Shown here in pieces: positions 24,170-36,070 of a DNA stretch of 64,000 nt; the stretch's first letter is position 1; every line of letters begins with the position of its first letter. Under the pieces are notes generated by a model. It made no database searches. It saw nothing but the letters and a program-made list of their open reading frames with translations, and was not told the DNA's origin. Made by a program: the position numbers and the translations under genes. This DNA is from Macrostomum lignano (taxonomy: Eukaryota): positions 62,001 through 126,000 of the forward strand of contig NIVC01001161.1 of NCBI GenBank assembly GCA_002269645.1, in the 5' to 3' direction.

Positions 24170-24470
24170 ACTGGGTGCCCGGCGGCGTGGGGTGGGCGTA
24201 CGCTGGGTAGAGAGAGCGGGGGAGTGTACAGTGTTTAATGTTGAATTAAATTACTAAGACGCAAAAATGCGGTGGTAGCGCGGCGGAGGCAGCGGCGGCG
24301 TGAGGTGGGCGTCCGCTGGGGTAGAGGGGAGAGCGTACATTCTTTAAGTTCCATTCAATTGTGACGGACCGCAAACCATGCAATTATAAATGATTGGGGT
24401 GGTGGGCTCGCGGCGTGGGGTTGGCGTCCTCTTCTAGAGAGGGCTGGCTGGGGAATGTACGCTCACTAAA
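24170..24470. repeat. Three degenerate GC-rich units of about 120 bp
   Basis: GGCGTGGGGTGGGCGT...GAGAG...GTAC at about 24182, 24297, 24412. Confidence 0.6.
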
Positions 24471-24736
24471 ACCCCACCGTTGTACACACAGCTGATAGTA
24501 TCTTAACTGTTAAAGTACAAGTCGAAGAGGATAAATAAGAATTTCATCGCTCATGTATCCCTTAATTAATTATTGTATTTTAGTAGTGCTACTACGTTCA
24601 AGCATAAGTGACTAAGGCCTAGACTTTTAAAAGTACATTTCTATACCGTTATTTTCGATGTTGAAAGGTGTTGTTATTAACTTCACTATCCAGCTAATCA
24701 GCAATACTTCTCTGGCTTGATTTCACGTTGAATTTT

Positions 24737-25455
24737 CTAAGAAGCCTCGCTGAAGCTGGCCCTACCGGAAGCCGGGCCGCTAGTGCTGAAACGTCGCTTA
24801 GCTGGCACAACAGTCACAGCCAGCCGGCTGTTGTGCATGACGTAATCGGACACGGAGCCTAGAAAAGTGCGTCGGACGTCGCCTTGACCGCGGCTGCCCA
24901 TCACGATCATGTGGCAGTTGGTGCGCCAGGCGATGTCCACCAGAGCTTCGCCGGGCTTCTTGCTGGGCTCGGCAATGAAATCCATCTTGGGGGTTGGCGA
25001 GGTGTGGGGGCTCGTATTCTTATGGAAGATTTTGCAATTTCGAGTGGACTCAATATACAGATTAGTACTCGTAGATAGAAATGTAACACAAAGTCACGCA
25101 AAGTTACCTTCATCTTAGTCTGAGCAGCCCTATAAGTGATGTCGGCCTCCATCGCCGAGGCCTTCTTGCTGCTCTCCACGATGATGTTCCGCCATTCCTC
25201 AGTCGGCACATTGAAGCCGCTGCGCAATGAAAATGACGGCAACGACGGCGGCTCGACGATGTGCGCGATGACGATGTGGTCACCGTCGTGACGGATGTTC
25301 TCCATGTAGAACCTGTAGGCCTCCTCGGCGTGGCTGGACCCGTCCAGCGGAATGAGAATCTTCCGGTTGCCTCCGGGAGCAGCGGCAGGAGCAGACATTG
25401 TTGCAGAAGTGACTGTTGCAGTCGAATCAGTGTATGATTGCACTGAAGATGACAT
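24737..25455 (-). CDS. Universal stress protein paralogue A; exons 25455 (or 25398)-25108, 24985-24737
   Basis: NRKILIPLDGSSHAEEAY...TKMK|MDFIAE..GEALV..MGSRGQGDVRRTFLGSVSDYVMHNSRLAVTVVP; 122-bp GT-AG intron 24986-25107. Confidence 0.92.
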
Positions 25456-26479
25456 TGACGATTGATTGCATGTAGCAATACTTTGATAACTGTGCAAGCA
25501 AGCGTGCAAGAGATCTCACTGCAGCTAGATGCAAATATATATGCCAGTAGCAAGACTCTAGAAAGCTCCGGACCCAAGGAGAGGGGAAGGAATGCAGCAG
25601 CTCACACGCGTCGAGAATGTGCAGCTAATGAGGATCGAGCTAGCTCAGAGTGTGGAACAGGGTTTCGAAGCTGGCCACTCTATATGCTAATACGTATGGA
25701 GTTTAGCTACACTTATGCAGCCAGAGGCTTCGCTAATTTGTGTAAAGATCAGATCTTCCATACCAGAATGCTTACACGCAGAGTTAGTTACATGAGCCTC
25801 CCTCCTCACTAGTTTTACAAGGCTACACAAATCTACATCAGTTCATTCAGAAATTTACCTTGATTGAAGCGAAAAGTCCTGCTCTTGACGTATTAACGGC
25901 TCAGTGAAATAAATAATCTCTCTCAATGTCAAGCTTGTGTGTCTTCTCGACCGTTAGCTTAAATAGTTCTGTGCCACTCTGATAAGTCAGCCGTGACCGT
26001 GTGAGGGCCGGTTTGCAATTCGAACTGACTGCTTTTGTTGCGGACTTGCTTTAGCTATGGATTTTTTTATAGCTGGACTTGGCCAGGTCTCTTCTTACGT
26101 GTTGCAAATCGGGCCTCCAGCTGGGCCCGCTAAGCGAAGTGGGCCCAGGAGTCCCTGTGCAAATTCATGCATGCCCCCCAGCGCCAGGGTAGTTGTGTGG
26201 CTCCTTTTAGCAATAGATAAGGCAGAAAACGCTCATATAAACTGTACACAACCAATGTCATGTGGGTAGCTAGATACCATCTACAGGAGATATATTATAT
26301 ATACAATTCCAAAGGCTTCTGTTAGTGGCTAGATATAGTGTTATAGCCTACAATTAAGCACAAGCTTCTTGCGTTGTGCGAACTGCTAACGCTACAGTGT
26401 ACGAGCTATATAGCTGTTTGATAAGCGCGGGTCATACAGCATATACGCGGTCTGTACATGTACACTTGCAAAATACGTT

Positions 26480-26770
26480 GGGTCGGGAGAGAGCCATTGT
26501 GGGAGAGTCATATAGGGAAGAGTCATAGCTAGGGAAGATAGTCATATAGGTAGAGAGTCATTGAGGAGAGAGTCATATTAGGTAGAGAGTCATTGAGGAG
26601 AGAGTCATAAGGGAGAGAGTCATAAGGAGAGGGTCGATCATAGAGGAGTAGTCATATAGGGGAGAGAGTTATAGAGAAGAGTTAGGGGATCAGTGAGTGA
26701 TAAGGGAAGGGAGAGTCATAGGGAGAGGGAGTCGTAGGGGAGAGAGTCTTAGGGGAAGAAAGACATGAAA
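26480..26770. repeat. Degenerate purine-rich repeat GAGAGTCATAGGGG
   Basis: Repeated AGAGTCAT cores. Confidence 0.7.
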
Positions 26771-27424
26771 AGGGACATATGTTAAGATGCATGGCACATT
26801 CACGTACAATTAATCTAGAATTGGGGATCGACAAGAATCAGTAAGGCTTAAGGCGCGCAGATACAGGTGTTGGCAGGGCTACAGAGGCAGAAAATAAACA
26901 AAGTATTGCAGAGCCACAGCAAACAGCTACAAGTATATAATTATGCATGTATCATGCAATGCTAAGTAGAGTATAGACATGACTATAAGATCGCCGTGAC
27001 CTCAATCACGCTAACAGCTTCTTTGTCGGAACGCAAAAACACTTCAGCAGTTGGAAATTGCACAAATGCGCATGGCGACCGCCGGGCTCTCTTCATTTAT
27101 GTACATGCAAGTAGCTGGTGACCGTGCCAATTAAAACTACAGTACAGTGTGTAACAGCATTGCCAGTGAGGCAAAAGGATTTTTCTGGCTAACGTATACT
27201 CGTACTGTTAGTAGCATTACGCAGATATTGGGAGAAATGAAATCGGATATAATTTACTAACAATCTAATTTATAAGCTACATGTAGCCATGGTCGATCCT
27301 GCATTACAATAATGTGTAAACAGTCTAGATACAATTTTTTTTTAGCGATATCAATAATGCATGCATTTGATGAAGGAATTTTTCAGCTCCCAGAAATCCC
27401 AGTCCATCCATCTGAAATGCTAAT

Positions 27425-28560
27425 CAATCTGAATCTCAGTTAATCTCTCTGAATCTCAGTCCATGTCTCTGAATCTCAGTCCATCTCTCTGAATATCAGT
27501 TAATCTCTCTGAATCTCAGTCCATCTCTCTGAATATCAGTTAATCTCTCTGAATCTCAGTTAATCTCTCTTAATCTCAGTTAATCTCTCTGAATCTCAGT
27601 GAATCCCTCTGAATCTCAGCTCATACAACTGAATCTCTGTCCATCTCTCTGAATCTCAGTGCATCCCTCTGAATCTCAGTGAATCTCAGTGAATCTCTCT
27701 GAATCTCAGTCCATCTATCTGAATCTCAGTCACCTCACTGGGGATCCGAGGAAATGAGTTGGCTGACACCCTTGCAAAAGTTGGTGCCTCCGGCTCCTCT
27801 CTCGGCCCCGAACCTCTTGTCCCGATTCCTGGCTGTGTCATCGACTCGCGCATCAAAGCGTGGATCAGGACTCAGCACCGCTCGACTTGGGCGAACCGCA
27901 CGAACTGCAGGCAATCCAGAGGCGCTGTCCCTCAGCCCTCTCACCAGCTCCGGAAGCTCCTCTTGCGCCTCTCGCGCAGAGACATCCGGGCTGCCACCAT
28001 GACCCTCTCTGGTCACGGCTGCTTCTCCAGGCACCAGTACCTGCAGGGCAACGCCACCAACGCCACCTGTAGTTTCTGCAACTCAGGTGACGAAACCGCT
28101 GAGCATTTCGTCAGCATCTGTCCCGCCTTCACGCGGGCCAGACTCACTTACCTCGGGCCACACACATCTATTACTGAAGCGTGCAAACCCGAAAACTTTA
28201 ATCAGCTCATGCGCTACCTTCGGGCCACCCGCAGGGCTGAACTCTCCTTTCCAGAGAGCACCATAGCTGCTGGCGACACTGGGGGACCTCCCTGGGCGGC
28301 GCCAACCCTCCGTCCATAGCGACGCGTCGGCCGTTCAGGGACTAGCGGAATGGGCGCCCGCGCCTTCCCGCTGTGTCCCCTCCGGGACAGCCCTGCAGCT
28401 AAGTCAAGTCAGTCACCTCACTGAAACTCATTCAATCTCTGAAGCTCAGTCATCTCTCTGAATCTCAGCTAATCCAACTGAATCTCAGTCTATCTACCTG
28501 AATCTCAGTCCATCTACCTGAAATTTACTCATTTACCTGAATCTCAGTCAACCAGTTTCA
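27425..28560. repeat. 20-bp minisatellite TGAATCTCAGTCCATCTCTC interrupted by a LINE
   Basis: Array on both sides of 27741-28408. Confidence 0.85.
27741..28408 (+). mobile_element. 5'-truncated non-LTR retrotransposon (RNase H end + CCHC zinc knuckle; I/LOA-like)
   Basis: GIRGNELADTLAK RNase H C-terminus; CSFCNSGDETAEHFVSIC; stop at 28319; AAGTC tail; 15-bp TSD TCAGTCACCTCACTG at 27726-27740 and 28409-28423. Confidence 0.9.
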
Positions 28561-28870
28561 ATCTGAGCCAGCCATTTAGTGCGTTAGAGATGTGAAGGAT
28601 TATACAAGCATATATCAGTTGATAAACAGGAAAGATTCAGTTAAAGCACAGAACAAGATGCCACGATTTATTGGTGATGCCGTCGCAAGCTTTTATTTAT
28701 TTAATAGAATAAATCACAATACGCGCAAAAACGTGTATAAACACTTGGTTATCAGCGCAGCTATATTTACAGGTAAAAAACAGCTAGGAACGAAGCTATT
28801 TATAGTAATATTAGTAGTATTTGAACGCAAAAATTCACAATATTATTCACACAGTATCAGTTAACCCATA

Positions 28871-29077
28871 CATACATGCGCAACCCCCTGATTTGCATTG
28901 GTCGTGCGACCAATGAAAGAAACCTAAGAAAAGATTACCCTTTTGGGTAAACGACAGGAGTAACTATGACTGTATTATGACCGCTAAATTCCTCGTCATC
29001 TAATTAGTACTACGTCTATTTCCACGTGGGAATTTTGTCAAGTTACTTTGGATGGGTGTTACTGTTGCGCATGTATG
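28871..29077. mobile_element. MITE, CATACATGCGCAAC-TIR family (inverted relative to the 7200 copy)
   Basis: Both TIRs; interior GGGTAAACGACAGGAGTAACTATGAC; degenerate 8-bp TSD AACCCATA/AACTCATG. Confidence 0.7.
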
Positions 29078-29129
29078 AACTCATGGATAACACCAAGTCA
29101 ATGCATTAAGTTCATCGCGATCAGCCAAT

Positions 29130-29495
29130 CTACTTGGTCCACGAGATCTTGGGTATGTCGAAGTGCTCGGAGCAGTTCTCCAACTTGGCATTGAATTCCA
29201 TAATTCGTTCTTTGTGCGACTTCTCGGCCCGCTTCAACAGCTGTTCGGCCATGCGGGCTTCCACTACTCGAGCGTGAGCCTTCTCAGCTGCCGTCCTGGT
29301 GTCCACTTCTTCTGGAGGAGCTGTCTGCTGCTGCTGCAACTCTTTGCTATCCAACTTGTCTTTACGCTTTTTATTCTTCTTCTTTTTCTTTCTCTTCTTT
29401 TTTGACGAGCTTTCAACACCACCACCCGCACACTTGAGTTTGAGTCGGCTGCGCACAACTGTTCCATATTCTTCATCGGAGTCCGAGCCTGGCAT
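29130..29495 (-). CDS. FAM32A: FAM32A-like protein, 121 aa, single coding exon
   Basis: EEYGTVVRSRLKLK...KKKRKKKK...RTAAEKA...KSHKERIMEFNAKLENCSEHFDIPKISWTK matches the FAM32A C-terminus (HYDIPKVSWTK). Confidence 0.92.
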   Translation of the reverse strand: MPGSDSDEEYGTVVRSRLKLKCAGGGVESSSKKKRKKKKKNKKRKDKLDSKELQQQQTAPPEEVDTRTAAEKAHARVVEARMAEQLLKRAEKSHKERIMEFNAKLENCSEHFDIPKISWTK

Positions 29496-30682
29496 GGTGG
29501 TGCTGCAAAGCCAGATAGATGGCAATGTTTCAAAATTATCAACCATAATATCAATGTGGCAGGTATTCATTTAATATTGTAAAAGGTAAACAACGAGAGT
29601 AGCTATGAGTATAATTCAAAAGTAAAATGACTCGTCATCTAATTAGTGTCTTTAATTTTGCTTCAGTCCTAAATATATTAGATTTTGTCAGCTTGTGGTT
29701 ATTAACAATAAGTAAACACTACTAAGTATAGTAAAGTATGGTTCTTTTTTTTCAAAAAAAATGGGCAAAATTATCTAGTAACAGAATGAACTCTAACTAA
29801 AGAAAATTAAAAAAGATAACCATTAAAAGGGCAAGGTGCCATGACATGCTAAATCTAGATATTTAGCTATTTGATTGAAAGACAAAGCAACTACCTATAT
29901 TATTGACTGCTGTCCAGAAAAGCATATTATTTAAGACTTTTGTAAAGGACAAAACAACATAAAATGAAGTAATAAACACAAAAAATCTGATAGCATAGTT
30001 AAAAATAAGTTGACAATTATTAACATGCCTTTACATTCACTGTTTTATGTGCTACACATTGAATATCAATAACCTAGACTTAGTATCTTAGCATAACCTT
30101 AACACTATGTTTATATATCCAGTGCATCCAAAAGTTCTTGCAATTATTGCAGATTCCTTTTTTCAAATATCAATATATATTGCTTTGATGAATAGCTCTG
30201 CACTTAGAAACTTAGTAAAAGAATCAGTTTTTTTCTTAAAGATAATATTAACCTTAGTAGATATACTTAATTTAAATTGCCTAATTTCAGCCTTGAACAT
30301 GGACTAGCCAAAAGTTAAAACTTGTGCTTTTTTATGATTATAAGCTTGGCAGCTTGGTCATAGCCATTGCTTTACTAATATCTAAGGTGTCTGTTTTAAA
30401 TGGTGTAGGAATGGAAACAAAGACATTTTCAACAAAGAATATGATAGCCAACCTCCCATTCTTGATGACTAGACACTGCAAGCTGATTGCAGCCAACACA
30501 GCCATATTATATACCAAAATTGTGATTGAGTTTAGATGCAGTAAATCAATTTCTGCAATAATTTGCAAGCCCTTGGCTTTACTAAAAAGCTAACAAAGTA
30601 GGTGCCACATCAGTTATTGATAGAAAACAAGCAGAAATAGTTGGAAATCTGCTAGCTATTGCTGCTTTAAAACAAACATGAT

Positions 30683-30854
30683 CATGCTTGGGTGCAACCT
30701 AGGGATTCACCCGGCCGTTTCTATTGGCAACACACACACGTAAGTCGCTATTGGACAGAATAGTAGTCACGTGACTGCTCTCAGCCAATAGCGACTTACA
30801 TGTGTGTGTTGCCAATAGAAACGGCCGGGTGATTCCCAAGGTTGCGCATGTATG
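30683..30854. mobile_element. 172-bp fold-back MITE
   Basis: Right TIR GTTGCGCATGTATG; exact 8-bp TSD AACATGAT (30675-30682, 30855-30862); interior a near-perfect palindrome centred on GTCACGTGAC. Confidence 0.8.
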
Positions 30855-31234
30855 AACATGATTATTGTCAACTGCAATGAAAAATAGGTGTTCCATAACA
30901 AGACATATTGCTTTACTAAGTGGTCACTCACGTCTAGATAAAGCAATCAGTTACCAAATCAGGAACTGCATTTAAAAAAGATCTTGATAACCGTGATAAA
31001 TGATACATGGCATGCTATATACCAACTTCTTTTGTTCATGCAGGTAAACTATCATAGCCAAGCCAACTATAATAATTGTTAGCTACATATTATGTACAAG
31101 AAATTACAATAGAAGCAGCCATTTTTTATAAAGCAGCATAATCATAAGCCATACATAGCTATTTGCATATCTTGGATACTAATAAAGCTTAGCTAGGCTG
31201 GAAGATTTTGCTGCATCCACTATATAGTCTAATC

Positions 31235-31634
31235 TAGAGGTCAGATGGGATCCCGATCCCAATCCTGAAATCTTGGGATCCCAAGGAAAATTGGATTCCT
31301 ATGGGACCAAGATCCTGACTCTAAAAAAACAATAATCGAGAACAGGTCTTTTGATTAAAATTTATAGAATTAGTGATTACTTGAATGTGTATTTTGTTTT
31401 AATTTGTACTCATTACATTATTACTTTGTTGGTTATAAAACTTTGCATTATTTTGTTGTGTTTTACTTTTAGATCTTAACATTTTTTGCTTAATTTTATT
31501 TAACTTTATATGGACCTACAAACTAAAATACACTAAAAGACCTAATCCCAATTCCTAAATCCCAATCCCAATCTTGAGAATTATTTTTCCTAATCCCAAT
31601 CCTACCCGAAGATTTCAATCCTATCCGACCTCTA
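31235..31634. mobile_element. hAT-like MITE (TAGAGG TIR), CpG-eroded copy
   Basis: TAGAGGTCAGATGGGAT...ATCCTATCCGACCTCTA; TSD GTCTAATC/GTCTAAAC. Confidence 0.75.
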
Positions 31635-32324
31635 GTCTAAACAATCTTACCATAATCAGACTATTATATTTTAGAAGGGATACTTGCTGTCTTGGGATGT
31701 TTTGTTTTTAGAGTGAATGTCTGTTGTTTTCTTATGAAAGCTTTATTTTGCTGTCTATTTCACTATTTGTTATTTGTAAAAAACAAGGATTCTATCCAGA
31801 TGTCTCCTATTGGGGGATGAAGATTGCTAGTGCAGAGCTAAAGTTGAACATCAAACTTCTTTGACTTAAAGACTGCTAAGTTCTATATATAAGAAAGGCA
31901 TGTTTATTATAGAAACTTAACAGAATATTATAGATAGTAGGCCTAGTGGTGACTATTTCAATGAGTAAAAAGATGCTAGGCCATAGCTAAGCTAAGCTGC
32001 AATAATGGAACTAGTAGAAATTTGTTAAAGGGGGCATACTCTAAAAAGATATTATTTTTAGGGGAAAATTATCACATACAATTAGGGATTAAAATTCCAG
32101 GATCTCAGGATCCCAAAATCCGGATCCTATCAAATCAAAATCCCAAAATCAAGTAAAATGCCTCATGCATCATTCAGCATCAAGTATAAATGTTAGGACA
32201 ATTTTTTTCTAGGCCCTTATTATTTTTACAAAAGTGTTGTAAAATGAATATAATTGGACCCAAAACAAGTTTATTATACTGTACTAATTTCTATTAATTA
32301 TAAATTGCCTTATGTTATTTAGTG

Positions 32325-32670
32325 CCGCTATGTAAATACCGCAACAGATGCAATGGACTGCAACAGACTACAATGGAACCACAATAGACCCCAATAGACC
32401 TCAAGAAACTGCCACAGACTTCAAGCAAATTTTTTACCTGAAAGCACAATAAATTATAAATTCCTGCCAATGCATTAGCTTATTCATAATTCAAATAATT
32501 CAATTGCATTTATGCAGTTAGCGCATATAATAGGATCTAGCAAAAAACCTTATAGTTGATAGTCAAACCTTAACATCCAATCTAGCTATTATATCATAAT
32601 CATTCAGATTTTGGTCCATTGCAGTCTGTTGCAGTCCCATTGTGGTCCCATTGCAGTGTTTACACGGACC
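32325..32670. mobile_element. Degenerate MITE with repetitive inverted ends (GGACTGCAACAGACTRCAATGG)
   Basis: 32325-32395 is roughly the reverse complement of 32611-32670. Confidence 0.5.
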
Positions 32671-32829
32671 CTTTGTGTCGCCTTTTTAAACTTGGCATCA
32701 TGGATTTATATATGATAATGAATTATGAAATTTATTCTAATTTAAATTTTGATATTTTATTTTCTTCTTGACTTTATTACTACTTACTACTTACTTAGTT
32801 AGGATATTTGTAAAAGTAAGGTATTTGAA

Positions 32830-33295
32830 AGAGCGTCTAGAGTTTTTTGAAACGGTTTTCCAGCCGATTAACGACTTAGTCTTAGTTAGTTAATGGAGTT
32901 AGTACGTGATAAATATAATAGTTTTAAATTAAAAAATTAAACTTTTGACAAAAGGTCAAACAAATTGTATACGTATACAAGATAAATAATATACATGGTA
33001 AGCTTTTTAGAACTTATAGTTCAATTTTTTCATAACTTTATAAATTAGAGTATTATAATTTTAGAAAAAATGTCCAAATAACGTAATTCGTCTAGCACCG
33101 TGGTAATTGAATGTACCACGCGTTTTTTGCCTCTGCTTTTTGTGTAATTTGGCTACAATTGACGTAATGACTATTTTTAGCTAGTGTTTTATTCAATCCG
33201 AACTTTGATACTTTACTTGTATTGTGGGTAAAGGCTACAGACGCTTCAGTTGTATTTTAGTTTTTTATATATTTATTTTATAATTTAAAATCGAT
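32830..33295. promoter_or_regulatory. CpG-retaining island in a CpG-depleted domain; candidate (bidirectional) promoter
   Basis: 15 CpG in about 480 bp versus about 6 in 36181-39780 (manual counts); lies between divergent FAM32A and NOB1. Confidence 0.35.
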
Positions 33296-33972
33296 ATTTA
33301 GATTTTAGTTAGGCTAGGTTTAGTTTAACCAGGACCTACCTAACCTAACCTAAATGCTTGCTGACTAGGCCTACTCTACTGTATTAGGCGGCTTAAGCCC
33401 TAGCAGCCTACTATTAATTAAAACTTTACATTTGACCTAGGTATGAAATGTGCTGTAGGCCTATCTACCCCAAAGAAAGGTAGGCCTAGGCCATAGGCCA
33501 TATAGGCCTTAATGAGTTATAATTATAATTATAATATGCTACTAAGTTAGGCCTATGATTGCCTATCTCACAAAGCAATCAAAAATCAAAGTGGCGATCC
33601 TTTGGTTTCCCACTCTAAATTATTTAAACCCCAGACCAATGGGCGGCCTATAACATGTTGGCCAACCATCTGATGGTTAACCATTCACCAAGCTTTCCCC
33701 CATTAGCACTTCGGCAATATCCTCTACTGGATAACATACTACTACTCTATGATGTAGAACTCTGTGAACTCTTGCAAGAACTCTGTGAGCTTGTCAGACT
33801 CTGAAAGTTCAAAAAAGGGTTTAAATAATTTAGAGCAAGAAACCAAAGGATAGCAAACAAATAATAAATAATCTAAATTATAATTTGTTTCTATTATTGA
33901 TTTTTGCATGCTAAATGAGACTTTTTAAGCAATCTGAGACTGAATAGCAAAAATGAATTATAAGGCCCCTAC

Positions 33973-34371
33973 TAGAGGTTGGACGGGATTGAAATCTTCG
34001 GGCGGGATCGGGATCGGGAATAATTTTTTTCTTGGGATCGGGATCGGGATTGGGATTCGGGAATCGGGATCAGGTCTTTTAGTGTATTGTCCATGTAAAG
34101 TTAAACAAAATTGAGAAAAGATTGTCAAGATCAAGAAGTAAAACACAATGAAATCTATATGAAGTTTTGTAACCAACAAAGTAAATAATGTAACGAGTAT
34201 AAGTTAAAGCAAAATACCTTCAAGTAATCATTAATTCTATAAATTATTAATTGAAAGACCTGTTCCCAAATCTCGAGTTTTTTAGGGTCGGGATTCTGGT
34301 CCCGCGGGAATTCAATTTTCCTCGGGATCCCGAGATTTCGGGATCAGGATCGGGATCCCGTCCGACCTCTA
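33973..34371. mobile_element. hAT-like MITE (TAGAGG TIR), CpG-rich copy
   Basis: TAGAGGTTGGACGGGAT...ATCCCGTCCGACCTCTA; exact 8-bp TSD GCCCCTAC (33965-33972, 34372-34379). Confidence 0.88.
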
Positions 34372-36004
34372 GCCCCTACCCTAGTCCTAGCCTAGCTGGG
34401 CAGCCCCAACCTTCGTTGCACTTCAGTCTAGCATTTTAGGCATTCTTAGCAAGCAAAGTGAGATTTTTAAAGCTTTTTTTATTTTTTTCAAGAAGCATTT
34501 TATAAAAAGGCATTTAGTGGTTTAAAGGAATATATATAATATAAGCCTAGTGATGTACGTGTCCCACGGCTCTTATTTATTCTTAAGTCTTAAGCCTTAC
34601 TTGCTACCACCAAGCTGTTGCAGGGGTTATTCCTTCTTGCTTCTTGTTAATATTGCTGGTTATTACTTGCCTTTTACTAGTAGCGTATGTACTTCTATTG
34701 GTAGCGTCTGTACTTCTATTGGTAGCGTATGTACTTTTACTGGTAGTGTCTGTACTTCTATTGTACTTTCTGGCCTGAGCGGTCTTTTTAGGCACTGTCT
34801 ATCCTATTCCTATACTCCTCTAAAGATATTATTCTCAGTCCTGGATGTTCCCAGGATCAGAGGGTCACAGCTTATTTGCTGGGTATCCTGCCCTGAGGCG
34901 GGTTTCTCAGACTCTGAGTCTGGGCTTCTCTACCATGTGGTAGGATCTCTGCCTCTTAAAGGCGATTTCTCAGATCCTAGATCTGGTTGTCTCGTTCTCT
35001 GAGAATGGGTTGAACTCTCCCAATCTTGGGGCTTCTGATGCTTTCTAAAATAACTAAGTCAGTAAGTATCGAGCAATATACTAGAATAGTTTTAAGCTTG
35101 AAGCCAGCGAGGCACAAGTTGCACAATTTGCTCTCCTTCTTATTCGGCTCGTGTATTTATACTACTCTCAATTTGGTCTTTTAAACAAATAAAATTTCAT
35201 AATATTTAAAATATTTACAATATTACTAATATTATACATATTAAAACAAAATAGTCTAGTTTCAAATATACTACTTTCTAGGAAACAAACAATGCTAAAA
35301 TAAGGCCTACCTCATATGCCAATAGTTAAAAATAATCTATTTTGAAGAGTACTACAAATATACTACAAAAAATGCTAGGCTATACTCATAGAACTAAAAT
35401 TGTTAAATAGAAAAATTTAAGTGTTCAAATAAAAAGTTGCATAAGCCTATTGATAATTATAGGTTAGGCCTACATTGAAAATTACAATAAGGTTATATTG
35501 AGCTATTGAAACTCAGATTTTACCTATTGAATTCTAATCACTAGAACTTTTTTGTATGCATTTTTAAATCTAAAGTCATACTTAAACAAAAGCTTATTAT
35601 TAGGCCTAGGTGGCTAGGCCTAGCCATTAAATTAAGATAAAAGTAAACAAAAAAAGAGTGAATTTATATCATGTTAGGATTTGAAACAAGCATTGATCTC
35701 ATCAGCAGCTACAATGCTATAGGCCTATAGAATGATATAAAGTCTGTTCTATCTAAAGCAGTGCCTGGCAAACTTTTGGCCTTTAGTCTCTGCTTATCTT
35801 CTCTATCACTAAAGTCCATTGAAATTTCTTTGTTCTATTCTTTTTCTATCCCACATTCTTTTTTCTGTTTCTTTTCAGACCTCTTTTCTATCTTCTCTTT
35901 TTGTTCTCTTTTCTTTTTTATCTCATCTATCATAGATCATATAATATATCGTATATAAAAAAGAGAGAAAAAAAGAGAGAGCAAGAAAAAAGATTTAGAG
36001 AGTC

Positions 36005-36007
36005 AAA

Positions 36008-36068
<61 letters not shown>

Positions 36069-36070
36069 AA
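36005..36070. repeat. (GA)n microsatellite
   Basis: Direct. Confidence 0.95.

Noticed and set aside
20162-25455. USP genes as bacterial contamination or recent horizontal transfer
   Set aside because: They contain spliceosomal introns and have host-like codon composition
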